The notes below the pieces were generated by a model. It searched no databases. It had not been told where the DNA came from and saw nothing but the letters and a program-made list of their open reading frames with translations. 64,000 bases of DNA from assembly GCF_964355755.1 (NCBI RefSeq), contig NC_092674.1, positions 17,298,001 to 17,362,000 on the forward strand, read 5' to 3'. Position 1 is the first letter of the stretch. Each line of letters starts with the position of its first letter. The position numbers were made by a program, and so were the translations under genes. This DNA is from Antedon mediterranea. Taxonomy: Eukaryota > Animalia > Echinodermata. This document shows, piece after piece, positions 10,401-21,380 of the stretch.

Positions 10401-13400
10401 GTTTGACGTACATACATCGACCCAGTTTTTACGACAGGCATCGACCCCGATTTTACGTACAGACAGCCACACCGATTTGACGTACATACATCGACCACGA
10501 TTTTACGTACATACATCGACCCCGATTTTACGTACAGTCATCGACCAAGTTTTTACGTACAGAAATCGACCCCGATTTTACGTACAGAAATCGACCCCGA
10601 TTTTACATACAGACATCGACCCCGATTTTAGGTACAGACATCGACCGGATTTTACGTATAGTTATCGACCCAGTTTTTACGTACAGACATCAACCTCGAT
10701 TTGACGTACAGACATCGACCCCGATTTTACGTACAGCCATCAACCCCGTTTTTACGTACAGATATCGACCTAGTTTTGACGGACAGACATCGACCCCGTA
10801 TTGACATTCAGACATCGACTCTGTTTTTACGTACAGGCATCCACCTAGTTTTTACGTACCGACATCGACTTCGATTTTACGTACAGACAGCCACACCGAT
10901 TTGACGTACAGACATCGACCCCGTTTTTACATAGAGACATCGACTCTGTTTTTACGTACAGATATCGACCTAGTTTTTACGTACCGACATCGACAGCGAT
11001 TTTACGTAAAGACAAAGACCCCGATTTCACAAACAGACATCGATCCCGTATTTACGTACAGGCATCGACCCCGATTTTACGTACAGACATCGACCCCGAT
11101 TTTACGTACATACATCGACCCCTATTTTACGTACAGAGATCGACCCAGTTTTTACGTACAGACATCGACCCCAATTTTATGTACAGACATCGACCCCGAT
11201 TTAACGTACATACATCGAACCCGATTTTACGGAAATACATCAACCCCGATTTTACGTACAGTCCTCGACCAAGTTTTTACGTACAGACATCAACCTCGAT
11301 TTTACGTACAGACATCGACCCCAATTTTACGTACAGACATCGACCCCAATTTTACGTACAGACATCGATCCTGATTTTACGTACAGACATCAACCCCGTT
11401 TTTACATAGAGACATCGACTCTGTTTTTACGTACATTCATCGACCTAGTTTTTACGTACCGACATCGACCTCAATTTTACGTACAGACATCGACCTCGAT
11501 TTTACGTACATACATCGACCCCGATTTTACGTACAGACATTGACCTCGATTTTACGTACATGCATCGTCCCTGATTTTACGTACAGACATCGACCTCGAT
11601 TTTACGTTCAGACATCGACCCCATTTTTACATACATATATCGACTCCGTTTTTACGTACAGACATCGACCTAGTTTTTACGTACCGACATCAACCTCGAT
11701 TTTACGTAGAGACATTGACCCCGATTTTACGTACATACATCGACCTCGATTTTAGGTACAGACATCGACCCCGATTTCACGAACAGACATCCATCCCGTA
11801 TTTACGTACAGACATCGATCTCGTATTTACGTACAGACATCGACCCCGTTTTTACGTACAGACATCGACCCTGATTTTACATACATACATCGACCCCGAT
11901 TTTACGTACATCGATCCCTATTTTACGTACAGAAATCGACTCCATTTAACGTACCGACATCGACCCCGATTTTATATACAGACATCGACCTAGTTTTTAC
12001 GTACAGACATCGACCTTGTTTTTACGTACAGACATCAGCCTAGTTTTTACTTACAGACCTCGACATAGTTTTTATGCAATTACAGCGACCCCGACTTTAC
12101 GTACAGATATGGACCGCGATTTTACGTACAGACATCGACCCAGTTTTTACGTACAGACATCGACCACGTTTTTACGTACAGACATCGACCCCGTTTTTTC
12201 GTACAGACATCGACCCCGTTTTTACGTACAGACATCGACCTAGTTTTGAACTACAGACATCGGCATCGACCCTGATTTTACGTATAGACATGTACCCCGA
12301 TTTTACGTACAGACATCGACTTAGTTTTTACGTACAGCATCGACCCTGATTTTACATACATTCATCTACCTAGTTTTGACGTACAGACATCGACCCCGTT
12401 TTTACATACAGATATCGAATCCGATTTTACGCACAGACATCGACCCCGATTTCACGTGCAGACACCGACCCGTTTTTACGTACAGGCATCGACCCCGATT
12501 TAATGTATAGACATCGACCCCGATTTTATGTACAGACATCGGCCTAGTTTTTATGTAAAGACATTGACCTAGTTTTTACGTACCGACATCGACCTCAATT
12601 TTACGTGCAGACATCGACCCCGATTTTACGTACAGACATCGACCTAGCTTTGAACTACAGACATCAACTGTGTTTTTACGTACATACATCGACCCCGATT
12701 TTACGTACAGATATCGACCCAGTTTTTTCGTACAGACATCGACCTCATTTTAACGTACAGACATCGACCTAGTTTTGAACTACAGACATCGACTCCGTTT
12801 TTACGTACAGACATCGACCCTGATTTTACATACAGAAATGTACCCAGATTTTACGTACAGACATTGACCCCGATTTTACGTATAGACATCGACCTTGATT
12901 TAACGTACAGACATCGAACCCGTTTTTACGTGCAGACATCGATCCCGTTTTGACGTACATAAATCGACCACGATTTAACGTAGAGACATCGACCCCGATT
13001 TTACGTACAGACATCGACAATGATTTTACGTGCAGACATCGACCTAGTTTTGACCTACAGGCATCGACTTAGTTTTGACCTACAGACATCGAAACCGGTT
13101 TTACGTACAGACATCGAAACTGATTTTACATACAGACATCGACCTAGTTTTGACGTACAGACATCGACCCCGTCTTTACATACAGACATCGATCTTGTTT
13201 TTTACGTACAGAGATCGACCTAGTTTTTACGTACCGACATCCACCCCGATTTTACGTGCAGACAGTGACCCCGATTTTACATCGACCTAGTTTTGACGGA
13301 CACATATCGACCCGGTTTTGACGTACAGACATCGACACCGATTTTACGTGCAGACATCGACCCCGATTTTACGTACAGACATCGACCCCGTACTTACATC

Positions 13401-14270
13401 GACCTAGTTTTTACGTACATACATTGACTCCGTTTAATGTACCGACATCGACCCCGTTTTTACGTACAGACATCGACTCCGTTCTTACGTAAAGACATCG
13501 ACCTCGATTTTACGTACAGACAGCGACTCCGATTTTACGTACAGACATCGATCCCGTTTTGACGTACAGACATCGACACCGATTTTACGTGCAGACATCG
13601 ATCCCGTTTTGACGTACATAAATCGACCACGATTTAACGTAGAGACATCGACCCCGATTTTACGTACAGACATCGACAATGATTTTACGTGCAGACATCG
13701 ACCTAGTTTTGACCTACAGGCATCGACTTAGTTTTGACCTACAGACATCGAAACCGGTTTTACGTACAGACATCGACACTGATTTTACATACAGACATCG
13801 ACCTAGTTTTGACGTACAGACATCGACCCCGTCTTTACATACAGACATCGATCTTGTTTTTTACGTACAGAGATCGACCTAGTTTTTACGTACCGACATC
13901 CACCCCGATTTTACGTGCAGACAGTGACCCCGATTTTACATCGACCTAGTTTTGACGGACACATATCGACCCGGTTTTGACGTACAGACATCGACACCGA
14001 TTTTACGTGCAGACATCGACCCCGATTTTACGTACAGACATCGACCCCGTACTTACATCGACCTAGTTTTTACGTACATACATTGACTCCGTTTAATGTA
14101 CCGACATCGACCCCGTTTTTACGTACAGACATCGACTCCGTTCTTACGTAAAGACATCGACCTCGATTTTACGTACAGACAGCGACTCCGATTTTACGTA
14201 CAGACATCGATCCCGTTTTGACGTACAGACATCGACACCGATTTTACGCAAAGACAACGACCCCGATTTC
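7481..14270 (+). repeat. Minisatellite B, 25-bp unit ACGTACAGACATCGACCCCGATTTT, ~270 units
   Basis: CAGACATCGA recurs every 25 bp (e.g. 7561, 7611 are two units apart). Variants CCTAGTTTTT, CCCCGTTTTT and CACCGATTTT alternate. All short TYRHRP/TDIDP ORFs in the track are translations of this unit. Confidence 0.97.
9856..10105 (-). repeat. Inverted block (~10 units) inside minisatellite B
   Basis: Sequence switches to GGTCGATGTCTGTACGTAAAA at 9856 and returns to the plus orientation at ~10106 (GATGTCT|TCGACCCCG). Confidence 0.95.
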
Positions 14271-15720
14271 TCACACAAAACATCAAAGTGTACAGAATAG
14301 CTTTAAAAATCGCATTTGGAGACGTTTTAGACCATTTTGTGATTTTCGAAAAAACATGTTAACACAAAAACATCAAAGTGTACAGAATAGCTTCAAATCG
14401 CATTTGGAGACGTTTTTAGAACATTTTGTGCATTTCGATGAAACTTGGTTACAAAAAAAACATCAAAGTGCACAAAATAGCTAATATCGTATTTAAAAAC
14501 GTTTTAGACCATTTTGAGCATTTCGACAAAACTTTTTCACACAAAACATCAAAGTGTACAGATTAGCTCCAAATCGCATTTGGAGAGGTTTTAGACCAAT
14601 TTGTGATTTTCGAAAAAAAAACTTCTTAACATAAAAACACCAAAGTGCTCCATTTTGAGCATTTCGAAAAAACTTTTCACACAAACATCAAAGGGCACAA
14701 AATAGCTTAATATGGTATTTAAAAACGTTTTAGACCATTTGAGCATTTCGACAAAACTTTTTCACACAAAACATCAAAGTGTACAGAATAGCTTCAAATC
14801 GAATTTGGAGACGTTTTAGACCATTTTGTGCATTCCGAAAAAACTTGGTTACACAAAAACATCAAAGTGCTTAAAATCACATTAGAAACCGTTTTAGACA
14901 ATTTTGAGCATTTCGATAAAACTTTTCAGACAAAAACATCAAAGAGCACAAAATAACTTAATATCGTATTTAAAAATGTTTTAGACCATTTTGAGCCTTT
15001 CGACAAAACTTTTTCACACAAACATCAAAGTGTACAGAATAGCTTAAAATCGCATTTGGAGAGGTTTTAGACCATTTTGTGCATTTCGATGAAACTTGGT
15101 TACACAAAAACATCAAAGTGCTTAGAATCACAATAGAAGCCGTTTTAGACCATTTTGAGCATTTCGAAAAAACCTTTCACACAAAAACATCAAAGTGCAC
15201 AAAATAGCTTAATATGGTATTTAAAAACGTTTTAGACAATTTGAGCGTTTCGACAAAACGTTTTCACACAAAACATCAAAGTGTACAGAATAGCTTCAAT
15301 CGCATTTGGAGACGTTTTAGACCATTTTGTGCATTTCGATAAAACTTGGTTACACAAAAACATCAAAGTGCTTAAAATCACATTAGAAACCGTTTTAGAC
15401 CATTTTGAGCATTTCGATAAAACTTTTCACACAAAAACATCAAAGTGCACAAAATAGCCTAATATCGTATTAGAAACCGTTTTAGACCATTTTGTGGATT
15501 TCGATGAAACTTTTCACACAAAAACATCAAAGAGTACAAAATAGCTTAATATGTTATTTGAAAACGTTTTAGACCATTTTAAGCATTTAAACAAAACTTT
15601 TTCACACAAAATATCAAAGTGTACAGAATAGCTTCAAATCGCATTTGGAGACGTTTTAGACCATTTTGTGATTTTCAAAAAGACTTGTTAACATAAAAAC
15701 ACAAAAGTGCTAAGAATAGC
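14271..15720 (+). repeat. Satellite C, 77-90-bp monomers in a 251-bp three-monomer higher-order repeat
   Basis: Anchor CATCAAAGTG. Monomer types x (TACAGAATAGCTTCAAATCGCATTTGGAG), y (CTTAAAATCACATTAGAAACCG) and z (CACAAAATAGCTTAATAT) alternate; type x anchors at 14772, 15023 and 15274 (spacing 251). Confidence 0.93.
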
Positions 15721-15724
15721 TACA

Positions 15725-15796
15725 GTGTTAACATCATCTTATAGAGCCATAGTCTTTTTACTAGCGTAGTAACTAGTTATGTAAAAAAAAAAGGGT
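15725..15796 (-). repeat. Inverted fragment of the satellite A monomer
   Basis: GTGTTAACATCATCTTATAGAGCCATAGT...AACTAGTTATGTAAAAAAAAAAGGGT is the reverse complement of ACCCTTTT..ACATAACTAGTT..ACTATGGCTCTATAAGATGATGTTAACAC, with a 13-bp insert flanked by duplicated TAGT. Confidence 0.9.
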
Positions 15797-18040
15797 ATGT
15801 ATGTGCATAAATGGCAATATTACAGCATAATTTTTGAATTCTAAAAAGTGGAAATTTTAGTCATTTTTAGAAAAAATTCCTATGGTCCCCCTCCATTGAA
15901 ATTTTCGCAAAAATGGCCAAATTTCAACCCTTTTATTTTTTGAGATGATGTTAACACAATATATGTGTATAAATGGCAATATTATAGTCTAATTATTGAA
16001 TTTTAAAAGGTGGAAATTTTTGTCATTTTTCGAAAAAATTCCTGTGGTCCCCAGCAGGAAAGTTTTTCGAAAAATAGCCAAATTTCGACCTTTTTATTTT
16101 TTGACATAACTAGTTACGCTCTATAAGATGATGTTAACACAATATATGACCATAAATGGCAATATTATAGCATAATTATTTAATTATAAAAAGTGGAAAT
16201 TTTTTGCCATTTTCGACCCTTTTATATTTTGACATACGTAGTTGCTATGGCTCTATAAGATGATGTTAGCACAATATATTTGCATAAATTGCAATATTAT
16301 AGCATAATTTTTTAATTTTAAACAATGGAAATTTTGACAATTTTTCGAAAAAAATCCTATGGTCCCCCGCAGGGAATTATTTCGAAAAATTGCCAAATTT
16401 CGACCCTTTTATTTTTTGACATAACTAGTTACTATGGCTCTATAAGATGATGTTAAGCATAATTTTTTAATTTTAAAGAATGGAAATTTTGACCATTTTC
16501 TGAAAATAGTCCGATGGTCCCCCGCAGGGAAATTTTCGAAAAATGGCCAGTTTTCAACCATTTTATTTTTTGACATAACTAGTTACGATGGCTCTATAAG
16601 ATGATGTTAAAACAATATATGTGCATAAATGGCAATATTATAGCATAATTTTTGAATTTTAAAAATTGGAAATTTTAGTCATTTTTTAATTTAAAATCCT
16701 ATTGTCCCCTCCAGGGAAATTTTCCCCAAAATGGCCAAATTTCAACCATTTTATTTTTTGACAACTAGTTACTATGGCTCTATAAGATGATGTTAACACA
16801 ATGTGCATAAATGGCAATTTTATAGTATAATTATTGAATTTTAAAAGGTGGAAATTTTGGTCATTTTTCGAAAAAATTCCTGTGGTCCCCTGCAAGAAAA
16901 TTTTCGAAAATTGGCCTAATTTCGACCCTTTTATTTTTTGACATAACTATAGTTACTCTGTCTCTATAAGATGATGTTAGCACAATATATTTGCTATTTC
17001 CATAAATGGCAATACTATAGCATAATTTTTTAATCTCAAACAATGGAAATTTTGGCCATTTTTCGAAAAATAAATCGTAGGGAAATTTTTCAAAAAATGG
17101 CCAAATTTCGACCCTTTTATTTCATGACATAACTAGTTACTATGGCTCTATAAGATGATGTTAACACAATATATGTGCATAAATGGAAATATCATAGCAT
17201 AATTATTTAATTTTAAAAAGTTGAAAATGTTTGCCATTTTCGACCCTTTTATATTTTGACATAAGTAGTTTCTATGGCTCTATAAGATGATGTTAGCACA
17301 ATATATGTGAATAATTGGCAATATTATAGCCTAATTTTTGAATTTTAAAGAGTGGAAATTTTAGTCATTTTTCGAAAAAAATCCTATGGTCCCCCCCCCC
17401 CCCTCCCCAGGGAAATTTTGGCAAAAATGGCCAAATTTCAACCCTTTTATTTGTTGACATAACTAGTTACTATGGTTCTATAAGATGATGTTAACACAAT
17501 ATATGTGCATAAATGGCAATATTATAGCATAATTATTGAATTTTAAAATATGGACATTTTGGGGATTTTTCGAAAAAAATCCTATGGTCCGCCGCAGGAA
17601 AATTTTCGAAAAATGGCCAAATTTTGACCTAGTTACTATGTCTCTATAAGATGATGTTAGCACAATATATTTGCATAAATGGCAATATTATAGCATAATT
17701 TTCGAATTTTAAAAAGTGGAAATTTTTGCAATTTTTCAAAAAAATTCCTATGGTCCCCCACAGGAAAATTTTCAAAAATGGCCAAATTTCGACCCTTTTA
17801 TTTTTTAACATAACTAGTAACTATGGCTCTATAAGATGATGTTAGCACAATATATTTGCATAAATGGCAATATTATAGCATAATTATTGAATTTTAAAAA
17901 GTGGAAAATTTTAACATTTTTCGAAAAAATTCCTTTAGTCCCCCGCAGGGAAATTTTCAAAAAATGGCCAAATTTCGACCCTTTTATTTTTAGACATAAC
18001 TCGTTACTATGGCTCAATTAGATGATGTTAACACAATATA
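15797..18040 (+). repeat. Satellite A, right block (~13 full or deleted monomers)
   Basis: Same consensus and orientation as 1-1677. Includes short monomers lacking the GGTCCCCCGCAGGG segment (e.g. ~16120-16255, ~17150-17280), a variant also present at 1-102. Confidence 0.95.
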
Positions 18041-18045
18041 CAGTC

Positions 18046-18256
18046 GATCAGCGAGAGAGATAGATCAGCGAGAGAGAGATAGATCAGCGAGAGAGAGATA
18101 GATCAGCGAGAGAGAGATAGATCAGGGAGAGAGAGATAGATCAGCGAGGGACAGATAGATCAGCAAGAGAGATAGATAAGCGAGAGAGAGATAGATCAGC
18201 GAGAGAGAGATAGATCAGCGAGAGAGAGATAGATCAGCGAGAGAGAGATAGATCAG
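18046..18256 (+). repeat. Satellite D (19-bp), first ~11 units upstream of the L2 insertion
   Basis: Tandem TAGATCAGCGAGAGAGAGA. Confidence 0.97.
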
Positions 18257-18270
18257 ACACTATAAATCGT

Positions 18271-21200
18271 TTGAATATCAATGCCTTTACCACATGCCGA
18301 GCATTCTCAACTCGAAAAACACATAGAGGAAAGAAGGCTGGTCGACGACGAAGCAAGCTTATCTCTGCCGCCACTGAACACATCTCTCAACCTCGCAGAC
18401 CTGTTTCCGTGGATACTGAACAATCTCGTAGTTCGAGTTCCATCTGTTTTGGACTGTGGAATGCGCGTTCTATAAGAAATAAAACTGTTCACGTTTGTGA
18501 TTTTATTTTGGATGTTGAATTAGACATTTTAGTAATTACCGAAAGTTGGTTGAAAGGTGATGCAAGTGACAACCACTTTATTGCGGACGTGAGTAACACC
18601 CTCCTAAATTTCGTGGTGTCACATGAGCCACGCCCTACAGGTGGACGCGGAGGTGGAATATGCATCATTTCGCACCGTGGACTCCAAATAACACCAAATG
18701 TTTCAACAAGTTTCCGGTCTTTCGAACATATGGATATCAAGATCACTTCCAATTCATCTGTAATTAACTTGATTTCAATTTACAGACCACCACCATCGAC
18801 CAAAAACAAACTTACCTTTGACTTGTTCATCACTGAATTCTCATCACTTCTTGAATCAGTCTCTTGCACCAAAAACCTTCTGATAGTTGGTGATTTCAAT
18901 ATTCACACAGATGACCTCTTGGACAACAACACCAAGCGATTTGATGAACTGCTTTACACGAGTTGTCTTCATCAACACGTCCAAGGCCCCACTCACGTTA
19001 GCGGGCACACACTGGACCTTCTAATCTCTCGAAAAAACGACAACATAATAAAACAAACCACTGTCAAACAAGGACTACCATCCGACCATATGGCTGTCAT
19101 CAGCTTTGTGGATTTATCACATCCTAAACAACCAACGCGGACAACCTCTTACCGCAAACTTCGTAACATTGATCTAAATTGTTTTGTGGAAGATATAATG
19201 AATTCCCCGCTCGTCTGCGCACCGGAAGATAATGTCTCCGATCTCGCTGACCAATACAATAATGTATTGCAGTACATCCTTGACCAACATGCTCCGTTAA
19301 CAACTAAACTGGTCACCATTAGACCACGGGCACCATGGTACACGAATGAACTCCGTGAAGCGAAGTGCGTCAAACGGAGATCAGAACGCAGAATGTTGAA
19401 ATCTGGTTTGGATATCGACAAACAGAGGTACAAGTTGGAATGCAAAGCATATAAAGATATGCTAGATCTAGCAAAATGCAATTATCATCGCAATGAAATC
19501 GCTAATGCGGATGACAAGAACCTTTTCCGCATCATAAGTAAACTGTACTCGGTCGATTCTTCTCCTGTTCTGCCAAAACACACATCTTCAATGGATCTCG
19601 CAAACCAGTTTGGCTGTTTCTTTAATGAAAAGATTCTGAAAATTTGCAAGAAACTTAACTCCATAAACACTCCACTAATAACTGTCAACGTCGACGAGTC
19701 ATGTAATAGTAGTTTCGCTGAATTTGAGCAAATATCAGAAGATACGGTACGCAAAGTCATCGCTGAAAGCGCATCTAAGTCCAGTAGATTTGACCCAATT
19801 CCAACACGGTTACTAAAAAACTGCATTGACGCTCTACTACCGCATATCACTAAAATCGTCAACATTTCGCTGTCATCAGGTACTGTACCATCTGCATTTA
19901 AATTGTCCCTCGTTATGCCACTGTTGAAAAAGCAAAATCTCGTCTCCAACGTCCTACAAAATTATAGACCAATAGCAAATCTTCCCTTCCTTTTCAAAGT
20001 CTTGGAAAGAATTGCAACTGCTCAGATAAAAGCATATATGGATGAACATTTCCTGTTTTCAAAAGTCCAATCAGCCTACCGCCGCTTCCACTCAACTGAA
20101 ACCGCTTTATTACGTGTTACAAACGATCTACTACTTGCTTTAGACAAAGGTAATGAAGCGGTACTTATTCTACTCGACTACTCCGCAGCATTTGACACTA
20201 TCAATCATGATTTATTATTTCAACGTCTTCATAAAAGATACGGCATAAGCGGAACCGCATTGAAATGGTTTATTTCATATTTTGAGAATCGTAGACAAGC
20301 AATCATTGTGGGTGATTCGATGTCTGATGAGTTCGCTCTACCCTGGGGTGTACCACAGGGATCCGTAAAAGGTCCACTCGATTTCATCTTATACACTGGA
20401 CCACTCAGCAACATCATTGATTCCCACCCGGAAGTTCGTCATATGATCTATGCAGATGACACTCAACTATATTTAATCATGAAACCTACACATCACTCTG
20501 AATCTGTTAACAGCCTTGAATCATGCATTGCAGATGTTCGCTCATGGGCCATTCAAAATAAACTCATGCTCAACGACTCCAAGACTGAAATGATCCATTT
20601 TCATTCAAAGTTCCGTGAGGCATCATCATTTCCTTTGGTCCATATCGGAGATACTAGTGTCTCTACCTCCAGCTCAGCCAGAAATCTAGGCGTCCAACTA
20701 GACAACAGCCTCGGTTTAAAAGAACACATTCGTAATGTTTGCCGTGGTGCTTCCTTTGGAATTTACCAGATCGGCCAGATTCGTAAGTACCTTGACAAAA
20801 CATCAACTGAACGTCTTGTTCATGCTTTTGTTTCATCTCGTCTGGACTGTAATAACTCGCTTCTGTACGGCCTACCAACTTCTTATCTGTCTCCTCTTCA
20901 ACGAATCCAAAATTCCGCCGCAAGACTTATCACTGGCACTAAACGACATGAACATATTTCTCCCGTTTTACGTGACTTACACTGGTTGCCTGTTGATCAG
21001 CGCATTCGTTTTAAAATCCTGTTGCTGACATATAAGGCCATCAACGGATGTGCTCCAGCCTACATATGTGACATCATTACTCCGTCAACCAACTCTTCGC
21101 TTCGTTCATCCAGCAGACTTCTTCTAAAACCTGGACCCCGTTCCAGAACTCGGTTTTACGGTGATCGTGCTTTCGCTGTCGCAGCCCCAAAACTCTGGAA

Positions 21201-21285
21201 CACTCTACCACTCGAAATACGCTCATCAAAATCTGTTATCACATTTAAAACTAAACTCAAAACTCATCTCTTCAGAGAAGCATAA
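18271..21285 (+). CDS. LINE ORF2 protein: AP-endonuclease plus reverse transcriptase (L2 clade)
   Basis: APE motifs LWNARS, ITESWL, IYRPP, GDFN, TLDL, SDH (~18445-19110). RT motifs YRPIANLPFLFKVLE, QSAYR..HSTETAL, LLDYSAAFDTINH, GVPQGS, YADD (20449-20460), LGV.LD. L2-type C-terminus LHWLPV..RI.FK..GDRAFAVAAPKLWNTLP..FKTKLKTHLF. No stop in 1004 codons. Start is TTG; the first ATG lies inside the APE domain. Confidence 0.95.
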   Translation: MNINAFTTCRAFSTRKTHRGKKAGRRRSKLISAATEHISQPRRPVSVDTEQSRSSSSICFGLWNARSIRNKTVHVCDFILDVELDILVITESWLKGDASDNHFIADVSNTLLNFVVSHEPRPTGGRGGGICIISHRGLQITPNVSTSFRSFEHMDIKITSNSSVINLISIYRPPPSTKNKLTFDLFITEFSSLLESVSCTKNLLIVGDFNIHTDDLLDNNTKRFDELLYTSCLHQHVQGPTHVSGHTLDLLISRKNDNIIKQTTVKQGLPSDHMAVISFVDLSHPKQPTRTTSYRKLRNIDLNCFVEDIMNSPLVCAPEDNVSDLADQYNNVLQYILDQHAPLTTKLVTIRPRAPWYTNELREAKCVKRRSERRMLKSGLDIDKQRYKLECKAYKDMLDLAKCNYHRNEIANADDKNLFRIISKLYSVDSSPVLPKHTSSMDLANQFGCFFNEKILKICKKLNSINTPLITVNVDESCNSSFAEFEQISEDTVRKVIAESASKSSRFDPIPTRLLKNCIDALLPHITKIVNISLSSGTVPSAFKLSLVMPLLKKQNLVSNVLQNYRPIANLPFLFKVLERIATAQIKAYMDEHFLFSKVQSAYRRFHSTETALLRVTNDLLLALDKGNEAVLILLDYSAAFDTINHDLLFQRLHKRYGISGTALKWFISYFENRRQAIIVGDSMSDEFALPWGVPQGSVKGPLDFILYTGPLSNIIDSHPEVRHMIYADDTQLYLIMKPTHHSESVNSLESCIADVRSWAIQNKLMLNDSKTEMIHFHSKFREASSFPLVHIGDTSVSTSSSARNLGVQLDNSLGLKEHIRNVCRGASFGIYQIGQIRKYLDKTSTERLVHAFVSSRLDCNNSLLYGLPTSYLSPLQRIQNSAARLITGTKRHEHISPVLRDLHWLPVDQRIRFKILLLTYKAINGCAPAYICDIITPSTNSSLRSSSRLLLKPGPRSRTRFYGDRAFAVAAPKLWNTLPLEIRSSKSVITFKTKLKTHLFREA

Positions 21286-21321
21286 TCGCACGCTACTACT
21301 TGCACTGATCTTGGAAAACAC

Positions 21322-21380
21322 AGCGCTTTGAAACATTTGTCTCTTGCGCTTTATAAATGTTATTTATTATTATTTATTAT
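21322..21380 (+). other. L2 3'-terminal stem-loop and simple-repeat tail (putative RT recognition signal)
   Basis: AGCGC (21322-21326) pairs with GCGCT (21346-21350), followed by TTATAAATGTTATTTATTATTATTTATT. L2 elements are known to use a 3' stem-loop plus short-repeat tail rather than poly(A). Confidence 0.7.

Larger units (their letters stand above)
18257..21380 (+). mobile_element. L2-clade non-LTR retrotransposon, young, probably 5'-truncated just upstream of the endonuclease
   Basis: Single long APE-RT ORF, 95-bp 3' UTR with AGCGC...GCGCT stem and TTATAAAT, then a (TTA/TATT)n tail. Flanked on both sides by satellite D with ATCAG repeated at the junctions (18252-18256, 21379-21383). Confidence 0.93.

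Noticed and set aside
7481-14270. CRISPR-like array (25-bp repeats)
   Set aside because: Units are head-to-tail with no unique spacers; eukaryotic context and no cas genes.
7928-14484. Many 64-157-aa ORFs with TYRHRP/LRTDIDP/FYVQTST repeats
   Set aside because: They are the rotating frames of the 25-bp unit, broken by frequent stops; no evidence of a gene.
14493-18017. Minus-strand 60-69-aa ORFs in satellites C and A
   Set aside because: Translations of satellite monomers.
20323-20332. CTGATGA hammerhead ribozyme core
   Set aside because: Within RT coding sequence, with no flanking helices or suitably placed GAAA identified.
18307-21028. Antisense and alternate-frame ORFs overlapping the L2 ORF2
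   Set aside because: Shadow ORFs with no recognisable motifs.
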